From: an uncultured Armatimonadetes bacterium
Lineage (GTDB): Bacteria > Armatimonadota > Hebobacteria > Hebobacterales > Hebobacteraceae
Length of the DNA stretch: 64,000 nucleotides
Direction of reading: 5' to 3'
Assembly (NCBI GenBank): GCA_963716175.1
Contig: OY970296.1
Span: 2,592,001-2,656,000 of the forward strand
Made by a program: the position numbers and the translations under genes. Below are positions 1 through 10,696 of the stretch, piece by piece (position 1 is the first letter of the stretch; every line of letters starts with the position of its first letter). The notes under the pieces are model-generated. The model made no database searches. It saw nothing but the letters and a program-made list of their open reading frames with translations, and was not told the origin of the DNA.

Positions 1-1
1 C

Positions 2-340
2 CACCTGGGCCACCCCTGGGAGGCCGAGGCCATCGCCGCCATTCGCAAGCAGCCCAACCTCTACGCGGATATCTCCGCGCTCTACTACCGGCCCTGGCAG
101 TTCTACCAGGCGATGCGATTGGTCGTGGAGTACCATGCGGAAGACAACTTGCTGTTCGGGTCCGACTTCCCGGCAACCACGACCGCCGGCTCCATCGCGG
201 GCGTGCGCAATGTGAATGCCATCCTCGGCGAGAGCGGGCTGCCTCGCATCCCTGACGAAGTGATTGAGCGCATCGTTCACCGCGACACGCTGAGCCTGCT
301 GGGCTTGCGGCTGCCCGGGGGCGAGAAGGTGGAGGGATGA
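2..340 (+). CDS. Amidohydrolase_2 family protein, 5'-truncated by window edge
   Basis: Frame open from base 2: HLGHPW...NLYADISAL...LLFGSDFP, typical C-terminal motifs of amidohydrolase_2. Confidence 0.85.
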   Translation, partial: HLGHPWEAEAIAAIRKQPNLYADISALYYRPWQFYQAMRLVVEYHAEDNLLFGSDFPATTTAGSIAGVRNVNAILGESGLPRIPDEVIERIVHRDTLSLLGLRLPGGEKVEG

Positions 341-1392
341 TGCTGCTGCGCACCATGCGAGCCCTGCAGCTAAAGGAAATCGGGCGCCTCGAAGAGGTCG
401 AGCTGCCGGTCCCGGCCCCGAAGCCAGACGAGATCCTGATCAGAACGCTGGCGACCACCATCTGCACCTCTGATCTCACCGATATCAGCCACAACCCGTT
501 CGGCACCAGGCTGCCGAAGGTGCTCGGCCACGAGGGGGCCGGGGTGGTGGCGGGAGTGGGCGAGGAGGTGGACGATTTCGAGATAGGCGAGCGAGTGACC
601 GCGCACCCGGTGATACCGTGCGGCCAGTGCGATTCCTGTCTCCGGGGGCTGGGTCACCTGTGTGACCAGATGGGGCATCTCGGGGGAGACCGGGACGGCA
701 CCTTCGCCGAGCACTTCTGCATTCCCGCCAACCGTGCTCGCCACATTCCCGATGGGGTCGAGGTGGCGGTGGCGGCCTTGATGGAGCCCGTCGCGGTCTG
801 TCTGCAGGCGGTCCGGCGCGCCCGCGTGTCGGAGGGTGATGTGGTGTTGGTGCTGGGGGATGGGCCTTTTGGGATCATGATCGCGCGGCTGGCTCTTCGC
901 TACCGGCCAGCGAAGCTGATCCTGGTCGGGCATCATGACTTCCGCCTGAGCCAGGTCCCCGAGGCGGCCGGGATCAACCAGAGGCGGACCCGGGACGCGG
1001 CCGCGGCGGTGAGACAGGCGAGCGGCGGCAGAGGTGTGGATGCGGCCATCCTGGCCGCTCCGTCTGCGGAGGGGGTGGATCTCTGCCTGCAGAGCCTGAG
1101 AGCAAGAGGGCGGTTGGCGCTCTTCTCCGGGGTGCTCGAGCCGCCCCCGGTTGATCTCTTCCGCGTGCATGTGAAGGAGCTCGAGATCCTGGGCTCGTGC
1201 AATGATGAAGACTATCTCGACGAGGCCCTCGCCTGTCTCTCTGACCCGGACCTGAAGCTGGGCTCGATCATCACCCATCGCCTGCCCTTCGCTGAGTGGA
1301 GGCGCGCCATCGCGCTGGCTTCGGAGGGAAAGGACGAGGCGCTGAAGGTCGCGATCACCTTTGGGGAGAGAGCGCGCCATGAGGATTGCTGA
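337..1392 (+). CDS. Zn-dependent medium-chain alcohol/polyol dehydrogenase
   Basis: ICTSD, GHE, structural Zn CxxCxxC...C, GDGPFG Rossmann loop. Confidence 0.9.
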   Translation: MMLLRTMRALQLKEIGRLEEVELPVPAPKPDEILIRTLATTICTSDLTDISHNPFGTRLPKVLGHEGAGVVAGVGEEVDDFEIGERVTAHPVIPCGQCDSCLRGLGHLCDQMGHLGGDRDGTFAEHFCIPANRARHIPDGVEVAVAALMEPVAVCLQAVRRARVSEGDVVLVLGDGPFGIMIARLALRYRPAKLILVGHHDFRLSQVPEAAGINQRRTRDAAAAVRQASGGRGVDAAILAAPSAEGVDLCLQSLRARGRLALFSGVLEPPPVDLFRVHVKELEILGSCNDEDYLDEALACLSDPDLKLGSIITHRLPFAEWRRAIALASEGKDEALKVAITFGERARHEDC

Positions 1393-2527
1393 TGTCGAAG
1401 CCATGGTGCTGGAATCACCCTACGAGAACAGGCCGCCGGAGGGAGATGAAGAGGCGGCGGGTGTGAAGCACCTGCTCCTGCTCAAGGTCACCACTGATGA
1501 GGGCATAGTGGGCTGGGCCGACGTGGAGACCGCGCCCCACGTCGGCGCCGCGGCGGTGAACGCACCGGCCAGCGGAGTGGAGGCCTTCGACGGGCTGAAG
1601 GCGCTGGTGGTGGGGGAGGATCCTTTCGACATCGAGCGCCTCTGGGACAAGGTATACCGGGGCAGCATCTACTACGGCCGCCGCGGCGTCGCCCTCCAGG
1701 TGCTCTCCGGATTCGACATCGCTTGCCATGACATCATCGGCAAGGCCATCGGCCGGCCGGTTCATAAGATCCTGGGCGGGGCCTATCGTGATCGCGTGCG
1801 GGCCTATGCCTCCACGCTGTTTCGCCCCAACCCGGACGACATGAAGAGGGCGTGCGAGCGCTATCTCTCTCTTGGCTTCACCGCCATCAAGTTCGGATGG
1901 GGGGTATTCGGACAGGATCGGAAACGAGACATCGCGCTGGTCGAGGCCGCCCGCGAGGCCGCCGGGCCCGAGGTTGCTCTGCTGGTGGATGCCGGCTGGA
2001 GAGTGAACCGCAGCGCCTATGACGCCATCGAGCTGCTTCGCGCATTGGAGGCGTTCGACATCTTCTGGCTGGAGGATTTCTTGCACCCCGAGTGCTACGA
2101 GGGCTACGCCGCGGTGAAGGCGGCCGGCGCCAGAACTCGCCTTGCGGCGGGAGAGCAAGAAGCAACCGCCTGGGGGTTCCACGATCTCATCTGCCGGGGC
2201 CGGGTGGACGTGGTGCAGCCCGATCTCAGCCGGTGTGGTGGCTTCTCCCAGATGCGCAAGATCATCTGGGAGGCGGAGCGGGCCGGGGTTGACGTTTGCC
2301 CGCACGCCTGGCTGACCGACCTGCTCTCGGCCGCGAGCCTGCACGTGAACGCTTGTCTGCCGCGCAGCTTGTTTCTGGAGTACAACGTCTCCACCAGCCC
2401 GATGCTGAGAGAGATCATCCAGAGCCCGGTTCGGATGGAAGGGGACGGTATGATCCCGGTGCCGCAAGGGCCGGGGCTCGGGGTTGAAGTTGATGAGAAC
2501 GCGGTGGCGAGCTTCCGGATCCTCTAG
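1379..2527 (+). CDS. Mandelate racemase/muconate lactonizing enzyme family (acid-sugar dehydratase-like)
   Basis: SGFDIACHDIIGK, KFGWG, VDAG, WLED, AGEQ, QPDLSRCGG, PH, PGLGVE motifs; ATG at 1379. Confidence 0.9.
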   Translation: MRIADVEAMVLESPYENRPPEGDEEAAGVKHLLLLKVTTDEGIVGWADVETAPHVGAAAVNAPASGVEAFDGLKALVVGEDPFDIERLWDKVYRGSIYYGRRGVALQVLSGFDIACHDIIGKAIGRPVHKILGGAYRDRVRAYASTLFRPNPDDMKRACERYLSLGFTAIKFGWGVFGQDRKRDIALVEAAREAAGPEVALLVDAGWRVNRSAYDAIELLRALEAFDIFWLEDFLHPECYEGYAAVKAAGARTRLAAGEQEATAWGFHDLICRGRVDVVQPDLSRCGGFSQMRKIIWEAERAGVDVCPHAWLTDLLSAASLHVNACLPRSLFLEYNVSTSPMLREIIQSPVRMEGDGMIPVPQGPGLGVEVDENAVASFRIL

Positions 2528-2578
2528 CGCGCGGCGCGAGACTCGGATACAACCTCCCAGGCGTTCAAAGGAGTCGGT

Positions 2579-3247
2579 ATGTTCGAGACTGATGCCGATC
2601 GCTTCTCCTGGATGCGCCAGCACCTCTACGTCCCGGCGGTGTGCGATGCCTTGGATAGCCTGGGCTTTCGCTCTCAGGCCATGCACCAGCGACTGCGGCC
2701 CCTCGACCCCGAGAACTGCGTTGTCATCGGCAGGGCTCGCACCTTCCGCTGGATGGAGACGGACTATGTCGTGGAGCAGGATCCTTATGGCCTCGAGATC
2801 GAGGCCATGGACTCGCTGCGGCCGGGTGACGTGGTGGTGCACTCCACCGACTACGCCGGCAGCAACGCGCCCTGGGGAGAGCTGATGACCGCGGTGGCGA
2901 AGATGCGGGGGGCGGTGGGATGCATCTGCGACAGCCAGATTCGCGACTGCCGCAAGATTATCGCGCTCGGCTTCCCGGTGTTCCACCAGGGCATCAGGCC
3001 CCTGGACAGCATGGGCCGGGGCCGTCTGATGGCCTATGATGTCCCGGTGCGCTGCGGGGAAGTGCTGGTCCGCGCGGGCGAACTGATCTTCGCGGACTTC
3101 GACGGCATCGTCGTCATCCCGCGGGAAGTCGAAGAGGAGGCCCTGGGGAGGGCGGCCGAGAAGGCGAGCAAAGAGAGCGCCTCGCGGGCGGAGCTGCTTG
3201 AGGGCAGAAGGCTGCGGGAGGTGTATGACAAGTACGGGGTGTTGTGA
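2579..3247 (+). CDS. RraA / HMG-CHA aldolase family protein
   Basis: VCDALD, WGELM, DSQIRD, GELIFADFDGIVVIP motifs. Confidence 0.88.
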   Translation: MFETDADRFSWMRQHLYVPAVCDALDSLGFRSQAMHQRLRPLDPENCVVIGRARTFRWMETDYVVEQDPYGLEIEAMDSLRPGDVVVHSTDYAGSNAPWGELMTAVAKMRGAVGCICDSQIRDCRKIIALGFPVFHQGIRPLDSMGRGRLMAYDVPVRCGEVLVRAGELIFADFDGIVVIPREVEEEALGRAAEKASKESASRAELLEGRRLREVYDKYGVL

Positions 3248-3975
3248 AGCCCACAGGGAGCGATCGCGTGAACGTTGTGTCCGTGATGGCCCACCAGGAT
3301 GATGAGCTGGTCTGCCTCGGCGCCATGCTGAGGATGCAGCAGCGAGGCGACCAGCTTCACTTCATCTGCGCCACCGATGGCAGCGGTGGCATGGCGCAGG
3401 CGCCAGAGATGTCGCGCCAGGAGGCGGCCGCCATCCGCGACCGCGAGATGCGGGACCTGGCCCGCCAGCTCGGCGCCAGCTACACCTGCCTGGGCGAGCG
3501 GGATGAGTATCTCTACGACACGCCTGAGCTTCGCGATCTCCTGATCAATGCCATCCGCGCCTGCCGCGCCGACGTCATCTTCACCCATTTCAGCCCTGAC
3601 TACAACCTGGATCACATGACTGTGAGCTCGCTGGTGCGCCAGTGCGCGATGCAGGCGCCCTTTCCCATGATCCCCACCCCGGCCGCCCCTTTGGCTGCAG
3701 CTCCCGCGGTCTTCCTGGTGGAGCCCAGCGGAGGATTCGAGTTCGACCCCACCCACTACGTGGACATCACTGATGTGGTGGAGCGGAAGACGGAGCTGGC
3801 CCGCTGCCACCGGAGCCAGGAGGAAGCCCTCCGCGCGGCCCTGGGCGAAGGGATTGACGATTGGATCCTGGGTACTTCGCGCTATCGCGGCTCCCAGGTC
3901 GGCGTCGAGCATGCCGAAGGCTTTCGGCCCATGCTCTCGCGCGGCTTCGTGAAGGCCTATTCCATCTTACCGTGA
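3244..3975 (+). CDS. PIG-L/LmbE family deacetylase
   Basis: AHQDDE (HxDD), TDG, DYNLDH, HRSQ, AEGF motifs. Confidence 0.88.
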   Translation: MKPTGSDRVNVVSVMAHQDDELVCLGAMLRMQQRGDQLHFICATDGSGGMAQAPEMSRQEAAAIRDREMRDLARQLGASYTCLGERDEYLYDTPELRDLLINAIRACRADVIFTHFSPDYNLDHMTVSSLVRQCAMQAPFPMIPTPAAPLAAAPAVFLVEPSGGFEFDPTHYVDITDVVERKTELARCHRSQEEALRAALGEGIDDWILGTSRYRGSQVGVEHAEGFRPMLSRGFVKAYSILP

Positions 3976-4043
3976 ACGGGGAGCCGCAGGGACCTCCCTC
4001 TGCCCCGTCGAACCATGGCGTCAACTGGGTTGCCGAGGAGGTA

Positions 4044-4889
4044 ATGGCCGTGCCCGAGTTCCCGAGGACGATGGTGGGCGGAGTCTCCATGCCGCGGCTC
4101 ATATGCGGCAGCAACTGGATGCTGGGCTACTCGCACACCAGCCAGGCCAAGAATCGCCTGATCAAGGAGATGTTCGACACCCCGACCAAGGTGGCCGACG
4201 TGGTGGAGGTGTTCGCGCGCGCCGGCTGCAATGCCTTCATGTGTATGGGCGACCGCTTCGTGGCCGACGCTCTGAAGGAGGTGGAGCAGAGGACGGGCGT
4301 TCCCATGATCCTGATCTCTACCCCTGGCTATATGGAGCCCGGCAATCCGGATACCTGGAAGAAGGCGGTGGATGACGCCAAGGCCTTCGGCGCCACCTTC
4401 TGCTTTCCCCATCAGAACGTGACGGATCCCCGCATTGACCGCGTGAACCGCTGTCTCTCGCCTCAGTTGGTGGAGCACCTGCGGTATGTCCGCGAGATGG
4501 GCATGATCCCCGGGCTCAGCAGCCATACTCCCGACGCGATCGTCTGCTCGGACGCCTCGGGCGCCGATATCGAGAGCTACATCCAGCCCTACAACGCGGC
4601 TGGGTTTCTCTGCGAGGTGGAGACGGACTGGCTGCAGCAGATCATCGCCAATGCCCACAAGCCAGTGATGACCATCAAGCCCCTGGCGGCAGGCCGCTTG
4701 CTGCCTCCCACCGGCCTGGCCTTCGTCTGGAACACCATCCGGGACTGCGACATGGTCACCATCGGGACCATGAGCAGCTACGAGGCCGAGGAGGTGATTG
4801 AGCACAGCCTGGCCTGCCTGGAGAAGCGGAAGGCTGAGGTGGAGCTCCAGGTGACGCGGAGCAAGAAGAGCCTGCTGGCCGAGCCGTAG
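4044..4889 (+). CDS. Aldo/keto-reductase-like TIM-barrel hypothetical protein
   Basis: RBS GAGGAGG before ATG 4044; PRLICGSN...GYSH, PGLSSH, IKPLAAGR motifs. Confidence 0.65.
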   Translation: MAVPEFPRTMVGGVSMPRLICGSNWMLGYSHTSQAKNRLIKEMFDTPTKVADVVEVFARAGCNAFMCMGDRFVADALKEVEQRTGVPMILISTPGYMEPGNPDTWKKAVDDAKAFGATFCFPHQNVTDPRIDRVNRCLSPQLVEHLRYVREMGMIPGLSSHTPDAIVCSDASGADIESYIQPYNAAGFLCEVETDWLQQIIANAHKPVMTIKPLAAGRLLPPTGLAFVWNTIRDCDMVTIGTMSSYEAEEVIEHSLACLEKRKAEVELQVTRSKKSLLAEP

Positions 4890-4928
4890 CCGGTTCCGAG
4901 ACGGAGCAGATCGAAAGGAGAGCCGCCG

Positions 4929-5708
<780 letters not shown>

Positions 5709-5711
5709 CGG

Positions 5712-6830
5712 CTATCCCTCCTGCCCCATGGGACAGGTGACCGCGGCCTCGAACATGGCCACGATGTTCTCGGGCGGAGTTCCGCTCTGAATGGCGTGAG
5801 AGGGGCCGAGGATGTACCCCGCGCCTCGGCCCAGGATGCGGATGTAGTCCCGGACCTCTTCCCGAACATCGGCGACGCTGCCGAAGGGAAGTGTGGTCTG
5901 GACGCTGATCCCTCCCTCGAAGCAAAGGCGGTCGCCGTACTTCGCCTTCATCGCCACTGGATCCATTCCGTCCGCGCTGAACTGGAGCGCTTGCAGCACA
6001 TCCACTCCCATATCAATCAGCCCCGCGACGGCGTCCATCACGCCGCCGTCGGAGTGGTAGATGACTCCCGTGTCGAACTCGTGAATGGCCCGGTTCAGGC
6101 GGACGTGATGAGGCTTGATATGCTGCTCCCACATTTGCCGCGACATCAGCAGCCCGCGCTGGCCCACGATGTCATTGGCGGTGAACGCGAGTTCGATGCT
6201 GCGCCCGGCGGCCGCCAGGGTGCGGCGTGTGAACTCGATGTAGAAGTCGGTCACCCGGGCCATGATCTCGTGGAAAAGCTCGGGCCGCTCGATCATGTCT
6301 ATCAGAGTCTGCTCGTATCCCCGCATCCACCAGGTGCGCTCGAACGGGTTTCCGCTGTCCACCATGAGCGCGTAGTCTCGGCGCGCCGTGGCCTCGGCGA
6401 TGAGGTTGGGAAGCGCGGAGTAGTCCCACCAGTCCGGGTCAGGGAAACGATGGCGCCGGAGGTCCGCGATGTCGGTGGCCTCAGCTAGCGGGTAGCGGCA
6501 GATCTCATCATAGGCGGCTGCTCCATACCAGCAGGGCTTGCGCCACACGCCCCAGATATCTTCGTGTTCACCGCCGGCCGTTCGGCCCAGCCGCGGCCCG
6601 CGGTACTCGCGCCCCGCCCCCCGGTAGCTGCCGTTCACCGCGATCGCGTCCAGGAACCGTTCGAGGTACCGCGCTATCCCCTTCTCCTCGTCCACGCCCA
6701 GATGGCGCGCCAGAGCGGCCGGCGTCGTGCCCTCGAAGCCAGAGCAGATCAGGCTGATGGGCACGCGATCGGTCTCCTGGTGGTCCAGCGCCAATCGGAC
6801 TCGTTCGCGGGGGGAGAGTGATTCGTGCAT
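5712..6830 (-). CDS. Uroporphyrinogen decarboxylase / MtaA-CmuA methyltransferase-like family protein
   Basis: PRERV...DRVP N-terminus, YHSDG, GGISVQ, GYILGPSH..TPPEN. Confidence 0.85.
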   Translation of the reverse strand: MHESLSPRERVRLALDHQETDRVPISLICSGFEGTTPAALARHLGVDEEKGIARYLERFLDAIAVNGSYRGAGREYRGPRLGRTAGGEHEDIWGVWRKPCWYGAAAYDEICRYPLAEATDIADLRRHRFPDPDWWDYSALPNLIAEATARRDYALMVDSGNPFERTWWMRGYEQTLIDMIERPELFHEIMARVTDFYIEFTRRTLAAAGRSIELAFTANDIVGQRGLLMSRQMWEQHIKPHHVRLNRAIHEFDTGVIYHSDGGVMDAVAGLIDMGVDVLQALQFSADGMDPVAMKAKYGDRLCFEGGISVQTTLPFGSVADVREEVRDYIRILGRGAGYILGPSHAIQSGTPPENIVAMFEAAVTCPMGQEG

Positions 6831-6964
6831 AGTGTCCCCTGGCAAGTGCCTGCTGCCATCTTCTATCTGGCTGAGCCCTGCTCCTGGTGAGAGGCCGCGC
6901 GGTGCCGAGAGGTGGCCAGGCCGGGCGCGGGGAACCCTTCGCTCAAACCCACAGGAGGGAAGCC

Positions 6965-7762
6965 ATGAAGTGGACCCTTAACACCTACGAGGTTGGCCAG
7001 GAGTGGAGTCTCGAACACCTGATCGAGATGTGCCAGAAGACGGGATATCCCTACATCGAGTTCCTGATGGACTTCCAGCAGCCGCACGGCCTGGAGTGGG
7101 ATACGCCGCGGGAGCGCTTCGCCGAGGTGAAGGGCAAGCTGGACGCGGCCGGGCTCAAGTTCGGGTCGCTCACTAGCTGTCAGACCTTCCACGCGGCCGA
7201 CGCCAAGGAGCGGACGGAGTCAGTGAAGCGGGTGAAGCGCGTGATAGACATGGCTCGCGAATTCGGGTGCGACCATGTGCGCGTCCTCGGCGACCAGCTC
7301 CCGAAAGAGGAGAAGGAGCGGCCGGCCGTGGTCAAGCAGGTGGCCGACTGCATTCGCCAGCTCGGCGAGTACGCGGGCAAGGGCATTGCGGTCTCGATGG
7401 AGATGCACGGCAGCTTCACCGATCCCCATTACTCCATGGAGGTCGTCAAGCAGGTGAACCTGCCGAATGTGGGCCTGGTCTTCAACGGGCAGTTCCCGAT
7501 AGGCAGACCCTGGAAGTACCTGCTGCCGGAGGGCGCGACCTCCATCAAGCCGTTTTACGACATGATCCGGCCCCACCTCACTTCCATTCACCATCACTCC
7601 ATGGAGCGGCCCACCGAGCTGTGCTATTGGCAGGAGTTCTTCCGCCTGGCGAAGCAGGACGGCTACGCCGGCTATGTGGCGAACGAGGCCGCTTACAAGG
7701 GGCCCGATCCGGAGAAGGTGCTGCGGCTTTACACGGCCCTGTTCCAGACCATGATCGCGTGA
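6965..7762 (+). CDS. Sugar phosphate isomerase/epimerase (AP_endonuc_2 TIM barrel)
   Basis: RBS AGGAGG, EMHG motif, pattern typical of the xylose-isomerase-like fold. Confidence 0.75.
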   Translation: MKWTLNTYEVGQEWSLEHLIEMCQKTGYPYIEFLMDFQQPHGLEWDTPRERFAEVKGKLDAAGLKFGSLTSCQTFHAADAKERTESVKRVKRVIDMAREFGCDHVRVLGDQLPKEEKERPAVVKQVADCIRQLGEYAGKGIAVSMEMHGSFTDPHYSMEVVKQVNLPNVGLVFNGQFPIGRPWKYLLPEGATSIKPFYDMIRPHLTSIHHHSMERPTELCYWQEFFRLAKQDGYAGYVANEAAYKGPDPEKVLRLYTALFQTMIA

Positions 7763-7772
7763 GAGCGCTGCT

Positions 7773-8339
7773 ATGTCCGAGGGGAACGAATCGCCCGCGG
7801 GCAGCTTGCTCACCATAGGCAATGCTCTCACCGGCGCGCGGCTCATTCTGCTGCCGCTGGTGATCGTCGGCATCGCCACCCATCGCGGTCATCTTGCCGT
7901 GGTGGCGATGGCGGCGATCGTGGTCACTGATCTGCTGGATGGTCGCATCGCGCGGCGGCTGGGGCAGGCCAGTGAGTTCGGGAAGACCCTGGACAGCACG
8001 ATTGACTTCGTCCTGATCTACTCGCTGTTCATCGCCTTCTATGCCGCGGGGCGACTGGCAACGTTCCAGTTCGCCATTCTCTATCTGGCGATGCTGACCA
8101 TCTTGCTGCTCCAGTTGGTGGTGGCCGGTACCGGCCGGGGAGCGGCTCTCGGCCGCACCGCTCTCGGGAAGCTGACGGGCGCGCTCGAGTATGGGTACCT
8201 GCTGTTCCTGGTGGCGATGGAGGTGCTGCCAGGACGCCCGGTGCTGACCGCAGCCGGCATCGCCTTCTTCGTAGTCTTGGCGCTGGCCATTGTGCTCAAC
8301 AGCATCGAGTGTCTGGTGAAGCTGCGCCGCCTGACCTGA
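7773..8339 (+). CDS. CDP-alcohol phosphatidyltransferase family protein
   Basis: TDLLDGRIARRLGQASEFGKTLDSTID signature. Confidence 0.9.
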   Translation: MSEGNESPAGSLLTIGNALTGARLILLPLVIVGIATHRGHLAVVAMAAIVVTDLLDGRIARRLGQASEFGKTLDSTIDFVLIYSLFIAFYAAGRLATFQFAILYLAMLTILLLQLVVAGTGRGAALGRTALGKLTGALEYGYLLFLVAMEVLPGRPVLTAAGIAFFVVLALAIVLNSIECLVKLRRLT

Positions 8340-8380
8340 CCGTGCCCGGCAGGCAGGGAGGCAGCGCGTGATGCACGATA

Positions 8381-8923
8381 GTGCTTGACTGGGACGAAAC
8401 CGCCTTGCGCTGGATCAACGCGCACCACTACCCGCTGCTCGACGCGGTGCTGATCCCGGTCTCCTATCTGGGAGAGGCCGGCGCTATCTGGTTCGCCGTC
8501 TGCCTCGCGCTGCTGGTGTTCGGCAGGCGGGAGCAGAAGCTGACCGGCCTCACGCTGTTGCTGGCGATGGTGCTCCTGGACAGGCTCGTCGCCGGTCCTC
8601 TGGGGCAGGTCTTCCACCGCGAGCGGCCCTACCTGGCGCTCAGCGGCATCAGGCAGGTGGGCATCCGTTGGGGCGGGGGTTCCTTCCCGTCGGGTCACGC
8701 GCACAGCGTCTGGCTGGCCACCATCATCCTCAGCCATCGCTGGCGCAGGCTCACGCTGCCGCTGACCGCCTTCGCTCTTCTCACCTGTTACTCGCGCCCC
8801 TATCTTGGCATGCACTATCCACTGGACGTGATGGTGGGCGCGGCGCTCGGAATCGCCGCGGGGCTGGGCGTGGTCGGGCTGGAGAGGATCTGGCGCCGGC
8901 GGGCCGAGGTGCAGCCGCAATGA
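8381..8923 (+). CDS. PAP2 family phosphatase
   Basis: RERP, SFPSGH, SRPYLGMHYPLDV. Confidence 0.92.
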   Translation: MLDWDETALRWINAHHYPLLDAVLIPVSYLGEAGAIWFAVCLALLVFGRREQKLTGLTLLLAMVLLDRLVAGPLGQVFHRERPYLALSGIRQVGIRWGGGSFPSGHAHSVWLATIILSHRWRRLTLPLTAFALLTCYSRPYLGMHYPLDVMVGAALGIAAGLGVVGLERIWRRRAEVQPQ

Positions 8924-8961
8924 GAGTTGACGCCGGCAGATCAGCGGGAGCGGAGGGGCGC

Positions 8962-10216
8962 ATGCGCCCTCGCCAGCTGCTGGCCATCAGCGCCTACTGG
9001 CTCGCGGTCAACCTGCATTGGGGAGCGCTGCTGGTGGTGATCATGCCCAGGCAGGTGGAGTTGATATGGCCGGCGCGACAGGCGCAGCTGCTGGGCGTAA
9101 TCTTCGGGGTGGGAGCGCTGGTGGCGCTGGTGACACCGCCGATCGTGGGCGCCTACAGCGATCGCTCTCTTTCTCCTTGGGGCCGGCGTCGGCCCTACAT
9201 GACGGCTGGGGTGGCCATCAACCTCCTGGGCCTGCTGATGATGTGGGCCGCCGGAGACCGGCTGAGCTTCTGGCTCTTCCTGCTCGCCTACCTGGTGGTG
9301 CAGCTCGGCAACAATGTCTCCACGGGATCGTACACCGGGGTGATCCCCGACCTGGTGCCGGAAGGGCAAGTGGGAGACGCCAGCGGATACATGGCGGCGA
9401 TGACCCAGCTCGGGACCGTCTTGGGGGGATTCTCCAGTGGCTACCTGATGGGCCACGGCTATGTTTCCGCCAGCTACCTCATCATCGGGGTGACCTTGCT
9501 CTTGGCCCTCGGAGTCACGCTGGTGGGAGTGCGAGAACGGCCGCTGGCCCAGGCACCCGCGGCGATAACCTGGATCGGGGTGCTGAAGAGCCTCTGGATT
9601 GACCCGCGCAGGCATCCGGATTTCGCCTGGGTGTGGGTGACGCGAGCGCTGGTGACGATGGGGATGTGGACAGTGCAGCCCTTCATCCAGCCCTACCTGC
9701 GAGACGTGGTGCATGTGAAGGACTATGTGCAACAGAGCGGCGTTCTGCTCGGCACTATCCTGATCGGGGCGACCGCGGCAGGACTGGTGGGCGGCCGGCT
9801 CTCCGACCGCATCGGACGTAAGCGGGTGGTGTACGTTGCCAACGGAGTGATTGCAGCGGCCTCCCTGGTCTTCCTGCTGAGCCACTCGCTCAGCTTCACC
9901 TTCGCGGTAGGGGTGATCTATGGTCTGGGCTTTGGCGCATACTACAGTGTGGACTGGGCGCTGGGCTGCGATGTGCTGCCCGCGAAGGCGGATGCCGCGA
10001 AAGACCTAGGGGTCTGGCACATCGCCATGGTGCTGCCCCAATCTGTGGCGCCCTTCATCGCGGGTGGGGTGCTCCAGAGATTCGCGCTGACCGGGCACAC
10101 CGCGCTGGCTGGCCAGGCCGCCTACTCGCTGGCCGGCTACAGCGTCATCTTCTCTTGCCGCCTTCTTCCTGGCGCTGGGCGCGGTGCTGCTGAGGAATGT
10201 GCGCGGGGTGCGATAG
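8962..10216 (+). CDS. MFS transporter; frameshift near 10150-10156 in the last TM helix
   Basis: GAYSDR..WGRRRP and LSDRIGRK motifs; the alternative frame gives LAAFFLALGAVLLRNVRGVR-TAG(10214-10216), a normal MFS end. Confidence 0.85.
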
Positions 10217-10222
10217 GCCGCC

Positions 10223-10696
10223 CTACAGGCTGACGGCGGACGCGGCTGGCAGGACCTCTATTGCGTCACCCACCGCGATCGCCCCGCCCCTCAGGACGCG
10301 AGCGAAGACGCCTTCCTTGGGCATGACGCATTCGCCGACCTGCTCGAAGATGGCGCATCCGGCGTGGCATTCCTTGCCGACCTGCGTCACCTCCAGCTCG
10401 GCCTCGCCGATGATGATGCGGTCTCCTATCCGCAGATTCGGCACCTCCAGGGACTCGGTGGTGATATTCTCAGCGAACGCGCCCGGGCTTACGTCTACGC
10501 CCAGCGCCCGCATCCGCGCGATGCTCTCCATCGCCAGCAGGCTCACCTGGCGGTGCCACTTGCCGGCGTGAGCATCCCCGTCGATCCCCCAATCCTCCAC
10601 CAATCGCACCTTGGGCACATTGGCCTTTGGAGTTCCCGTGCGCTCGCTGACGGAGAGCGCGAGCACGCGACCGCGTGACCTGTTCATCTCATCCAT
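10223..10696 (-). CDS. MOSC domain protein
   Basis: GDAHAGKWHRQVSLL, GAFAENI, GKECH..C, MPKEGVF; exact start uncertain. Confidence 0.9.
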   Translation of the reverse strand: MDEMNRSRGRVLALSVSERTGTPKANVPKVRLVEDWGIDGDAHAGKWHRQVSLLAMESIARMRALGVDVSPGAFAENITTESLEVPNLRIGDRIIIGEAELEVTQVGKECHAGCAIFEQVGECVMPKEGVFARVLRGGAIAVGDAIEVLPAASAVSL

